NCBI GenBank assembly: GCA_965219915.1
Contig: OZ244794.1
Coordinates: forward strand, 2,833,118-2,897,117
From: Rhodothermales bacterium
GTDB taxonomy: Bacteria; Bacteroidota; Rhodothermia; Rhodothermales; Bin80
Reading direction: 5' to 3'
DNA length: 64,000 bases
Shown here: positions 9,448 to 18,241 of the stretch, one piece after another
Position numbering within the stretch: position 1 is the first letter of the stretch
Layout of the letters: every line of letters starts with the position of its first letter
Program-made: the position numbers and the translations under genes
The notes under the pieces: model-generated
Databases searched by the model: none
Told to the model about the DNA's origin: nothing
The model's input: only the letters and a program-made list of their open reading frames with translations

Positions 9448-9885
9448 ATGCTACCAAACTTTGATCCAGAAACAGGCTATTTACCACCAGGAACGCACTT
9501 GATGACTTGGGCGGACATCTCCCGTTATCTCGGCTTTAATGGACACAGATCTCGTCTCCTCGTGGGGTTGCTTGCAGCTCTGCGAAACCTGTCGCGTGCG
9601 GGATGTCGCTCTGTGCTGCTCAACGGAAGCTTCGTGTCGAATAAGGAGCTGCCCGAGGACTATGACGGGGCTCGGTATACAACGGGAGTTGATGTTCGTC
9701 TCGTGGATCCGGTACTGCTTGATTTCAGTCGCTCTCGGTCCGCGATGAAGTCAAAATACTTGGGTGAGCTATTCCCATCGGGAGCATTTGCAGCTCCCGG
9801 AGTCTTATACGAGGATTTTTTCAAGACTGACCGTAACAATATTCCAAAAGGCATCGTCCAAATTGACCTTGCGACACTCCCATGA
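9448..9885 (+). CDS. minimal nucleotidyltransferase-fold protein (Pol-beta superfamily-like)
   Basis: The 145-aa ORF contains LLNGSFVSNKELPEDYDG, which fits the Pol-beta NTase signature hG[GS]x9-13Dh[DE]h. Its stop overlaps the next start (ATGA). Confidence 0.6.
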   Translation: MLPNFDPETGYLPPGTHLMTWADISRYLGFNGHRSRLLVGLLAALRNLSRAGCRSVLLNGSFVSNKELPEDYDGARYTTGVDVRLVDPVLLDFSRSRSAMKSKYLGELFPSGAFAAPGVLYEDFFKTDRNNIPKGIVQIDLATLP

Positions 9886-11333
9886 TCACAAATGAGCGAC
9901 AATACAGGATAACACGCAAGAAGGCCGACCAATTCCGTGAAGCTATTGACCGCCTCGCTTCCAGTCGACCCAACCGTTCGGATATCCATCCTCGTCAGAT
10001 TCAAGCAGAGCGCGAGGCGATAGAAAGTCAGCTATCAGATCTTGTGGCAGAACTGACTGAATATGAGCTTCTCAAGTCAAAAAGTTCATCAGTACTCAGC
10101 GCCAACTCATTTGACGAGTTAGGTGATGGTCTCATCAGGGCTCGAATTGCCAGTGGCTTGAGCCAGAAGGCTCTGGCTCGCCGCATGGGCTTGAAGGAAC
10201 AGCAAATCCAGCGCTATGAAGCCACACGTTATGCGTCTGCCAGTTATGACCGCCTGCGTGAAGTAGCAAATGCTCTTGAACTCCGCATAAGGAATGATAT
10301 TTTTCTCCCTGTGGATTCTGGAAACTTCCAGGATCTACTTAAGAAGCTTCGAGCTGCCGGACTAGAAAAAAAGTTCGTACTTGATCGTTTGCTCACGTCT
10401 GAAGATGCAGCGCGTGCTGCCGGAGAAATTTCGGAGAAGGACGAAAGCATTGCACTTGCCGCTAGAACTGCTGTAATTCTGAATCGTATCTATGGCTGGA
10501 CCAACGACAGCATTTTCGGTTCAGACACACTTGAGGCACCTCGTTTCGCCTCAGCCGAAGCACGATATAAAATGCCCCCGCGACGCAAGAGAGAATCGGC
10601 TGATCTGTACGCAGCTTATGCCAATTTTCTTGCTGTACTCGTCCTGAAAGGAGCAGCGTCTCTCCCCAACTCGGCAGTACCCCCCGATGCAGATACGTTG
10701 CGAAAATGTATACTTAATAAGTACGGCAGCATTAACCTTTTGCACATCTTACACACCGCGTGGGATTTCGGTGTCGCCGTCTTACCGCTACATGACTCTG
10801 GCAGATTTCACGGGGCCTGCTGGCGATATGAACATCGGAACGTCATTGTGTTGAAACAATCTTCACCGTATGAGGCACGGTGGCAGTTCGACTTGTTACA
10901 TGAGTTGTATCACGCGAGCCAAATGCCGGAAAACGATACACTTGAGGTGATTGAGGTGGACAAAACAACAGCGGAACATCGGAATTCTGAGGAAGAATCG
11001 GCTGCCAACGAATTTGCTGCTGCGGTTGCTCTAAATGGAAAGGCTGACGCTCTACTACAAGAATGTTTTGAAGCGGCGAATGGCTCAATTGGAAAACTGA
11101 AACGTGTTGTCCCAAGGGTTGCAACCGAGAATAAAGTAGATGTCGGGTTTCTGGCCAACTGTATGGCGTTCCGTCTCTCGGCCCAAGGTGAAAATTGGTG
11201 GGGCACGGCCGCGAGTCTTCAATCTGATGACGGTGATCCATGGGAGATTTCGCGTGATGTGTTCTTTCAGCGTTTTCCCTATGAAATTGATAACAAGCTT
11301 GACCGACAATTACTTGATCGAGCTTTGCACTAG
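9882..11333 (+). CDS. XRE-family HTH + ImmA/IrrE (COG2856, peptidase M78-like) fusion protein
   Basis: The 483-aa ORF has an antitoxin-like N-terminus (MITNERQYRITRKKADQFREAI). The HTH is GLSQKALARRMGLKEQQIQRYEATRYASASYDRL. The HExxH zinc motif is in FDLLHELYHASQ (DNA 10899-10913). Confidence 0.75.
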   Translation: MITNERQYRITRKKADQFREAIDRLASSRPNRSDIHPRQIQAEREAIESQLSDLVAELTEYELLKSKSSSVLSANSFDELGDGLIRARIASGLSQKALARRMGLKEQQIQRYEATRYASASYDRLREVANALELRIRNDIFLPVDSGNFQDLLKKLRAAGLEKKFVLDRLLTSEDAARAAGEISEKDESIALAARTAVILNRIYGWTNDSIFGSDTLEAPRFASAEARYKMPPRRKRESADLYAAYANFLAVLVLKGAASLPNSAVPPDADTLRKCILNKYGSINLLHILHTAWDFGVAVLPLHDSGRFHGACWRYEHRNVIVLKQSSPYEARWQFDLLHELYHASQMPENDTLEVIEVDKTTAEHRNSEEESAANEFAAAVALNGKADALLQECFEAANGSIGKLKRVVPRVATENKVDVGFLANCMAFRLSAQGENWWGTAASLQSDDGDPWEISRDVFFQRFPYEIDNKLDRQLLDRALH

Positions 11334-11527
11334 AGGCTCTTAAAAACTCCTTCTGCCCCGACTCAAATTGTTGTCGAACACTCCTTGACCCCACTCCTTA
11401 CACAGTAAAATGCATTTATTCAAGTTTTTTCTAGACTTGCCTCTGTGTGCTTTTGTGGCACACTCTGGCAGGTACCATATGAAAACGGCTATTCGTAGAT
11501 TGTAGACCACCAATATCCCAATCCAAA

Positions 11528-12628
11528 ATGTCTATCAGCCGCCGCGAATGGCTCCGCCTCAGTGCTGTTGGTGCAGCACTACCGTTCATACCTAGTTTTG
11601 CAACGCGCAGGAGCGATGACCCGATTCGTCTACACAGCAATGAAAACCCGTATGCACCTGCACAGTCCGCACGTACGGCCGTGGTTGACGCCTTGAACGA
11701 AACCAATCTGTACGCAGGATCCGCTGTCGCTCAGAACCTGGAAGCTATGATTGCAGCTCGCGAGGGGCTGAGGCCTGAACATGTAGTCCTTGGAGCTGGA
11801 TCTACCGAAGTCCTTCGCATGGCGGCGCTGGCATTTGGACTCAGTGGCGGGGAGGTCGTTACGGGCTATCCGACCTACGAGGGTATGGAGACATCGGCGA
11901 AGTCCATTCAAGCACGTGTGCATCGTGTGCCGCTTAAGTCCGACAAAAGCCTTGACCTGTCCGCCATGGACATGCGGACAACCAAGGATGTGAAACTGGT
12001 TTTTGTGTGCAACCCCAATAACCCAACGGGTAGTATCTGCGACAAGGAGGAGCTGAATGACTTTTGTTTAGAAGTCTCCAAACGTAGCACAATTCTGGTT
12101 GATGAAGCCTATTACGAACTGGTTAATCACCCCAGATACAGCACTGCGGTGCCCCTCGTAAAGGCAGGTGCAAATGTCATTGTCTCGAGAACATTCTCGA
12201 AAGTGTACGGCTTGGCCGGACTGCGTGTGGGGTACGCAATTGCACGCCCCGATATCGCGGAGCGACTTCGTACACATCGTACTCCCATGGCTGTTAATAT
12301 TCTGGGACTACGGGCTGCAATTGCCTCTCTTAATGACGAACGCTTTTTGCATTACAGTAAGACACAACTTGAGGCCGGTCGCAACCAGATCACAGCTGCG
12401 CTTCGCGGCTGGGGACATGAAGTTATTGAGTCACATACAAACTTCGTATTCTTCCATCTTGGCCGAGGAATCGAGGAATTCCAAAGATCGATGGCCTCCC
12501 AGGGAATTCTGGTTGGACGTCCATTCCCCCCGTACCTCGACTGGTGTCGCCTCAGTATTGGGAATGAGGAGGAGATGACTAGATTTGTGGAGGTCTTCCC
12601 AAAGGTTATGAGTGCATCAACACGTTAG
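11528..12628 (+). CDS. histidinol-phosphate aminotransferase-like PLP enzyme with a twin-arginine signal peptide
   Basis: The 366-aa ORF has a Tat-type N-terminus (MSISRREWLRLSAVGAALPFIPSFA). The class I/II aminotransferase body includes IRLHSNENPY and the PLP lysine context SRTFSKVYGLAGLRVGY. Confidence 0.8.
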   Translation: MSISRREWLRLSAVGAALPFIPSFATRRSDDPIRLHSNENPYAPAQSARTAVVDALNETNLYAGSAVAQNLEAMIAAREGLRPEHVVLGAGSTEVLRMAALAFGLSGGEVVTGYPTYEGMETSAKSIQARVHRVPLKSDKSLDLSAMDMRTTKDVKLVFVCNPNNPTGSICDKEELNDFCLEVSKRSTILVDEAYYELVNHPRYSTAVPLVKAGANVIVSRTFSKVYGLAGLRVGYAIARPDIAERLRTHRTPMAVNILGLRAAIASLNDERFLHYSKTQLEAGRNQITAALRGWGHEVIESHTNFVFFHLGRGIEEFQRSMASQGILVGRPFPPYLDWCRLSIGNEEEMTRFVEVFPKVMSASTR

Positions 12629-12648
12629 CAGTAAACACCGCGGGGAAT

Positions 12649-13395
12649 ATGTTCAACCGGATCCTGACTGTATCATCAGCCCTGCTGCTGAGCACAACCT
12701 CGCTGATACAGGCAAGTGGACAGGATTCGGGCTTCCAATTTGCAAGAGTCTGGTACGAAAGTCATCCGGGATATAGAAGCAATGCGTGGGCCACAGACTA
12801 TCCAACTGCAGAATACAACCTGCATGAAGCAATCAGTCGGACAACCGGGCTTCGACTGGAGGGGCCGCCGGTCGTCGTCGCACTGACAGACGACCGGATC
12901 TTCGAGTACGCTGTGCTGTACTTGACTGAACCTGGATATTGGCGCACCAACGAAGAAGAAGTGGCCAACCTGCGCCGCTATCTTGATCGAGGTGGATTTC
13001 TCATTATTGATGATTTCCATGACTATGGCCGCGGATATGTTGGACCGCAGTGGAATAACATGTACGACAACATCAAGCGGGTTTACCCAGATCGTGAACC
13101 GGTAGAATTAACCGCCGATCATCCAATCTGGCAGATCTACTACGATGTCGACCCGGATGCCGCAATTTCAACAAAGAATGGCGGCAACTGGCGATGGGGC
13201 GAGACGCGCTTCTCCCCGGAAGATGACATCTACTATGCCGTATTTGATGATGCAGGTCGGCCCGCAATCGTCATTTGCTACAACCAGGACATTGGTGATG
13301 GATGGGAATGGCCCGGCGGCCGCAACTTAGGATCTGCCTCGACAGTGAGCTTCCAGATGGCTATCAACTTCATCTTCTACACACTCACGCATTAG
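12649..13395 (+). CDS. DUF4159-like secreted protein
   Basis: The 248-aa ORF has a signal peptide. Segments FQFARVWYES...ATDYPTAEYNL...LRRYLDRGGFLIIDDFH resemble the DUF4159 pattern as I remember it. Confidence 0.55.
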   Translation: MFNRILTVSSALLLSTTSLIQASGQDSGFQFARVWYESHPGYRSNAWATDYPTAEYNLHEAISRTTGLRLEGPPVVVALTDDRIFEYAVLYLTEPGYWRTNEEEVANLRRYLDRGGFLIIDDFHDYGRGYVGPQWNNMYDNIKRVYPDREPVELTADHPIWQIYYDVDPDAAISTKNGGNWRWGETRFSPEDDIYYAVFDDAGRPAIVICYNQDIGDGWEWPGGRNLGSASTVSFQMAINFIFYTLTH

Positions 13396-13573
13396 AAACT
13401 GGTCTCAGTCAGATTCGCTGCCCAGTGCGGCCCTACCCAATGAGACCTTTAGCGTCGCGGAAATGAAACAACTGCGTCACGCTTTTTTTCAGGGACCCTG
13501 ATTCTCGTTATGGATACTGGGGGAACATTCATCAAATAAAACACATTCCAACTGCACACGGTAGGTAAAACAA

Positions 13574-13843
13574 ATGCAAATTGCGTTACTGGTCCTGATT
13601 TTTATTCTCCTTCTGGGTGCTCTCGCTTGGCATGGTGGCCGTGATTTATGGACGCAAAGGAGTTCCCCAAAATCCAAGCTCTATTACGCCATGGCGGCTG
13701 GATTGGGTTTGGTTATGCTGGTGAGCTCAGAAATGGCTTCTTCTCCTGAATTAACAATCGGACCCTTCCTCATAATAGCAGTAATTGTGATGAGTGGTGT
13801 ATCCCGCCGCTACCGGGAATACCGACGACAAGATCAAGTCTGA
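13574..13843 (+). CDS. small membrane protein (hypothetical)
   Basis: The 89-aa ORF has three hydrophobic helices and a basic tail (RRYREYRRQDQV). I recognise no homology. Confidence 0.35.
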   Translation: MQIALLVLIFILLLGALAWHGGRDLWTQRSSPKSKLYYAMAAGLGLVMLVSSEMASSPELTIGPFLIIAVIVMSGVSRRYREYRRQDQV

Positions 13844-13890
13844 GTCAGCTTTACTTGGATAGTCTGCCATGCCAGTGGGACCAGCAATTG

Positions 13891-15333
13891 TTAACCACTC
13901 CTGTACCCCTTGTAAGCTTCTAGTGCCCGCTGCCTCCCAGTACTCAGGTCAATAATTGGGCGAGGGTATTCTTGATCTGGAGTCAGGGCCCACGATTTGG
14001 GTACAGCTTCAAAATAATCCAATGCATTCGGATGAGGCGGTCTGCGACTCTCGGCAAGAAATCTATCCCTGTACCGCCTGTCAGCATCAAACTTCTCGGC
14101 CTGAAGCCTAGGATTGAAGATTCTGAAGTAAGGAGCAGCATCAGGACCCGAACCGGCAACCCACTGCCATCCCATAGCATTGGATGCAATATCCCAGTCA
14201 ATCAAACACTCGCGGAACCATGCCTCTCCAACCCACCACCCGGTCATCAGATGTTTAGTTAAAAAACTGGCCACTAACATACGGGCCCGATTATGCATGG
14301 TCCCAGTCGTATACATTTCACGCATACCGGCATCTACAATCTCAATGCCCGTCATCCCGCGCCGCCAGGCTTCTGCATCCTCATTATCATTCCGCCACGG
14401 AAATTTGTCCCATTCGGAACGCCAGTTCTTTTCGATGATGTGCGGGGTATGATAGAGAAGGTGATATGCGAATTCTCTCCATGCAATCTCTCGCAGAAAA
14501 TAGGAGACCTCTGCGGTGCGTTCGCCCTCCATGGCATTTTTCGCAGCATTCCAGAGCCTGTGTGGTGATATTTCTCCGTAGGTCAGATTTTCTGACAGTT
14601 CTGAAGTTGAATCCAGTCCCAGATAGTCTCTCTCGGATTTGTAGCATCCAATCGCGTGTACAATGAATCGATCAAGCCGCTCACTGGCCGCATGCTCTCC
14701 CACCTTTGCATAGCGGGAAACAATAGCCGCCCCACGATCCATTTCAGCACCAAGGCGCCAATCAGAAAGCTTTTCGCTCGCGGGCCAATTGTCAGGCGGA
14801 GAAAGATCACTTGGGGAGCCTAATGGCTGTTCGATATCCCTTTGCTCCACTGCTTTCCAAAAAGGAGTGAAGACACTGTAGAACCGCCCCTGCTGCGTCT
14901 GAACCGTCCAGGGCTCAAATAACAGACTGGAGTTGACATCTAGGACCTCAATACCCTGGTCATCCAGTTCCGATTTTATTTCCTTGTCCCTGTCAATTGA
15001 CATAGGATCGTAGAGTCTGGACCACACAACGCGCCGCGCTCCAGTCTCCGCAATCAAGGACTTCAAGATCTTCAACGGATCTCCGCGTCGAAGCAGCAGC
15101 CGGCTATTATGCTTCCTGAGACTACTAGCCAGTGACCGCAAGCTTTCTCCCAATCTCCACTTAGGTGCTGCTCCGTAGGTCTCTTCAATGAGCGAATCAA
15201 GAATAAAAACCGGCCAAACAGGACCACCTTCTTCAAGTGCCGCCCTCCATGCAGGCTGATCCCGCAGTCGGAGATCACGACGCAGCCATAAAACGGTTCC
15301 TCCCGTTAGAATACGGTGCATACTCCGTGCCAT
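13891..15333 (-). CDS. phrB: deoxyribodipyrimidine photolyase (cryptochrome/photolyase family)
   Basis: The 480-aa ORF has LWLRRDLRLRDQPAW at the N-terminus. The FAD-binding region includes TGIEIVDAGMREMYTTGTMHNRARMLVASFLTKHL and GWQWVAGSGPDAAPYFRIFNP. Confidence 0.92.
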   Translation of the reverse strand: MARSMHRILTGGTVLWLRRDLRLRDQPAWRAALEEGGPVWPVFILDSLIEETYGAAPKWRLGESLRSLASSLRKHNSRLLLRRGDPLKILKSLIAETGARRVVWSRLYDPMSIDRDKEIKSELDDQGIEVLDVNSSLLFEPWTVQTQQGRFYSVFTPFWKAVEQRDIEQPLGSPSDLSPPDNWPASEKLSDWRLGAEMDRGAAIVSRYAKVGEHAASERLDRFIVHAIGCYKSERDYLGLDSTSELSENLTYGEISPHRLWNAAKNAMEGERTAEVSYFLREIAWREFAYHLLYHTPHIIEKNWRSEWDKFPWRNDNEDAEAWRRGMTGIEIVDAGMREMYTTGTMHNRARMLVASFLTKHLMTGWWVGEAWFRECLIDWDIASNAMGWQWVAGSGPDAAPYFRIFNPRLQAEKFDADRRYRDRFLAESRRPPHPNALDYFEAVPKSWALTPDQEYPRPIIDLSTGRQRALEAYKGYRSG

Positions 15334-15501
15334 GCCTTTTGAAGTGTCTCAATCGTCCGGTTCAACAAATAGACCCGTCAACACGGTTAACGACCGGATA
15401 TTCGAGGCAAAAATATCAAACCTCGCCCGGACGAGCATTTAGTGCTGAGTACAGAATCCGCAAAAATATGCTCCAGTCTGGCAGAGCAACCGATTGTAAT
15501 G

Positions 15502-15957
15502 CTACTCAACCGTTATTGTAACCGGGTCTGACACTACAGGAGGATCGTGTGGTATGTGTGCATAATCCCCCAAAACCAGTTGAAGTGTGTACGTACCCGG
15601 GCCGAGGTCCAATGTGGTTTCCGTCTGACCAAGGCCAAAGTGGAGATGTACAGAGTCCGTAGGGATGGGCATATCCATGGGCGGTAACTCTTCCGCATTA
15701 ACCAAAAGGTGATGATGCCCCGAGTTGTCAAATTCTATTCCTGCCGGTGCTACCCCCATCCCAGATAGTCCAAACTTGACCGTAACCGCACCGCTCTGTA
15801 CAACAGACCCATCCTCCGGTGCGATGATGTAGACTGCTGCCCCTTCCGCAGATGTAGACGGCATGTAAGCCTCCGCCTGAGTAGACTCCGCAGGGGATTC
15901 AACCTCTGTCTGGCAAGCGGCAAATATCAATAACGCGATAATCCAATTCCACTTCAT
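15502..15957 (-). CDS. DUF4399-like lipoprotein
   Basis: The 151-aa ORF has a lipoprotein-type signal (LLIFAAC) and a DNSGHHHLLVN motif. Confidence 0.5.
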   Translation of the reverse strand: MKWNWIIALLIFAACQTEVESPAESTQAEAYMPSTSAEGAAVYIIAPEDGSVVQSGAVTVKFGLSGMGVAPAGIEFDNSGHHHLLVNAEELPPMDMPIPTDSVHLHFGLGQTETTLDLGPGTYTLQLVLGDYAHIPHDPPVVSDPVTITVE

Positions 15958-16118
15958 CTATATATGCATTCGTAATGGTTACCCGCTAAGATACGCCAGT
16001 TAACGCAATCTCTCTAACCGAACTGGCAACCGCACAAAACTATCAGCGTTGGACAGTTGCTCAGAATTCTGTACGGCTGGTTACTCTTCTAACTTTCGAC
16101 CCCAAAGAAACCCATACT

Positions 16119-16565
16119 TTGGGTGAGTGGATTGGCGCACGATTGCCCGACGATGCTGTCGTTGGTCTGGATGGGACCTTGGGGACAGGCAAGACCTGCT
16201 TCGTGCAGGGGCTAGCCCACGGGCTTGGTGTCCCTGCAGATACCCACATAACCAGCCCTGCTTATAATCTGATTCAAACGTACACAATCGGTCGGCAAAA
16301 ACTCACACACATTGATTTTTATAGACTCTCAAGCCTTACGATGGACGACTTCATGCTGTTTGAGGAGGCGTTCTCGGGACCGCGAAATATCGTAGTTGCC
16401 GAGTGGGCATCAGGGTTTATAGAGAACTTTGCACCGGAGTTCCTGCGCGTTGTGATTTCAAAGGAGCCCGAGGAAAATATGCGACGTATTGAGGTGTCTT
16501 CTCCCTCTTCCATCTACGCACAGTTGCTCAAGAAACTGTCCGAATATGCGAACATTGATAATTGA
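16119..16565 (+). CDS. tsaE: tRNA t6A37 biosynthesis ATPase TsaE
   Basis: The 148-aa ORF has a TTG start and the P-loop LDGTLGTGKTCFVQGLAHGLG. It is followed by tsaB and tsaD. Confidence 0.85.
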   Translation: MGEWIGARLPDDAVVGLDGTLGTGKTCFVQGLAHGLGVPADTHITSPAYNLIQTYTIGRQKLTHIDFYRLSSLTMDDFMLFEEAFSGPRNIVVAEWASGFIENFAPEFLRVVISKEPEENMRRIEVSSPSSIYAQLLKKLSEYANIDN

Positions 16566-17193
16566 TACATCAGGTCCGTTCACGACGGTTCTGGTTGCAA
16601 CAGAGACCGGCCTGACTACCGCCTCCATTCTCCAAGGACGCCCTGCTGAACATTTGCATGAGCAAATACAGTCCTCTCTTTCCTGTTTGCATATTGAACC
16701 CTCAGACCTGGATCGCATCGCCGTCGTCGTAGGGCCCGGTTCGTGGACTGGCCTCAACATTGGGGTTACAGCTGCAAAGACACTCGCACAGGTATTGGAA
16801 ATACCCCTCTCACCGATTCGTGCGCTGGATGCGTTGGTCGCTGGCCATTCAAGGCCTGTCTGGGCCCTCATGACTGCGGGGCGGGGGCAATGCTATTACA
16901 TACACTTTACGTGTTCGGCACAGGACGAACAACCGGCAATGGCTGTGGCTCCACTGGATGCAGTTTCCAGTCAAATTCGGACCGATACCAGCGCGGTCGC
17001 AATCCTAGAGTATGGCAATACGTTCGAGAACCAGTTATGCGGAGACCACAGGTACCATTCCGTGGCACGCCTATTGCCTGAGTCATTGATCTCCACTGTC
17101 AATCAATCCCTCTTCATGGAAGGAGATGCTATCAAGGTACTCAAACCGGCCTACCTGCAGCCTGCCTTTGCAGAGCATGGTGCAAGCAGTTAA
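16546..17193 (+). CDS. tsaB: tRNA t6A37 biosynthesis protein TsaB
   Basis: The internal ATG gives MRTLIIDTSGPFTTVLVA..., which is typical of TsaB, with VVGPGSWTGLNIGVTAAKTLA further in. It overlaps the tsaE end by 20 nt. The longer ORF from 16489 is probably an over-extension. Confidence 0.8.
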   Translation: MRTLIIDTSGPFTTVLVATETGLTTASILQGRPAEHLHEQIQSSLSCLHIEPSDLDRIAVVVGPGSWTGLNIGVTAAKTLAQVLEIPLSPIRALDALVAGHSRPVWALMTAGRGQCYYIHFTCSAQDEQPAMAVAPLDAVSSQIRTDTSAVAILEYGNTFENQLCGDHRYHSVARLLPESLISTVNQSLFMEGDAIKVLKPAYLQPAFAEHGASS

Positions 17194-17202
17194 CGGAATT
17201 CA

Positions 17203-18237
17203 ATGCTGATCCTTGGTATAGATACTTCCTGTGATGATACTGGCGCAGCTGTGGTGCGTGATGGACATGAGGTGTTGTCAAATGTTATTGCGTCACAACA
17301 CGAAGCTCATGACCGATTTGGGGGTGTCGTACCTGTTATTGCAGCACGGGAACACACCGCCAAGATCAATTTTATCCTAGAGTCCGCATTGGAGGAAGCT
17401 GGTGTCTCATTTGAGGACCTTGATGCAGTCGCTGTTTCACACCATCAAGGTCTTCTCCTTGCTCTTGTCGTTGGGGTTTCAGCTGCGAAATCAATTGCAC
17501 TGGCCTGCAACATTCCTTTGATCGGCATCCATCACCTGGAAGGGCATATCTATTCCAACTTGATGGGACGCTCCAACGTGCTCAAGTTTCCGTTTCTCTG
17601 CCTCACGGTCGCGGGAGGTCACACCCTTCTGCTGAAAGTAGTCTCCCATGGTACCTATGAACTGCTCGGTCACACGCGTGATGACGCCGCAGGTGAAGTA
17701 TTCGACAAGGTCGCGAGGCATCTCGGATTAGGTCATCCGGGAGGCGCATCCATTGAAAAACTGGCCGAGAAAGGCGATCCCGAAGCCTACAATTTCCCCC
17801 GGCCACTTATCAACCGAAAAGATGGTGAGTTCAGCTTCAGTGGCCTCAAGACTGCAGTAATTGCAGCAATTGACAAAGATCCCAATCTGAACAAGGCTGA
17901 CCTCTGCGCCAGCTTCCAACAGGCTGTCGTGGACCTTCTTGTCTCAAAAACCATGCGGATGGCCGACGAACATCAGTTGCGGCAGATTACTCTGGCTGGG
18001 GGAGTAGCCCTTAACTCCCCCCTGCGAACGGCGCTTAAACACGCTGCTGACGATCACGGGTATCAAATCTTTACGCCACGTAACGATCTGTGTATGGATA
18101 ACGGCGCCATGGTAGCCGGCGCAGCCTATTTTCTTTTTAAGGAGCGTGGTCCGGATCCAATTAGCATTGATACACGCGCTAACGCTCCGCTCGGATCAAT
18201 GGGCATTCGCTATCGCCACGACAGCAAGTACAAGTAA
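17203..18237 (+). CDS. tsaD: tRNA N6-adenosine threonylcarbamoyltransferase TsaD
   Basis: The 344-aa ORF contains MLILGIDTSCDDTGAAVV, GIHHLEGHI and VAGGHT (Kae1/TsaD His motifs). Confidence 0.93.
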   Translation: MLILGIDTSCDDTGAAVVRDGHEVLSNVIASQHEAHDRFGGVVPVIAAREHTAKINFILESALEEAGVSFEDLDAVAVSHHQGLLLALVVGVSAAKSIALACNIPLIGIHHLEGHIYSNLMGRSNVLKFPFLCLTVAGGHTLLLKVVSHGTYELLGHTRDDAAGEVFDKVARHLGLGHPGGASIEKLAEKGDPEAYNFPRPLINRKDGEFSFSGLKTAVIAAIDKDPNLNKADLCASFQQAVVDLLVSKTMRMADEHQLRQITLAGGVALNSPLRTALKHAADDHGYQIFTPRNDLCMDNGAMVAGAAYFLFKERGPDPISIDTRANAPLGSMGIRYRHDSKYK

Positions 18238-18241
18238 CCGA

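Noticed and set aside
10843-11394. 183-aa minus-strand ORF overlapping the 3' end of the HTH-ImmA gene
   Set aside because: It overlaps a gene that has HTH and HExxH motifs in the opposite frame, and it has no recognisable features.
13452-13489. T7 run preceded by a weak stem, as a terminator after the DUF4159-like gene
   Set aside because: Only about 4 bp of the stem pair cleanly, so the evidence is insufficient.
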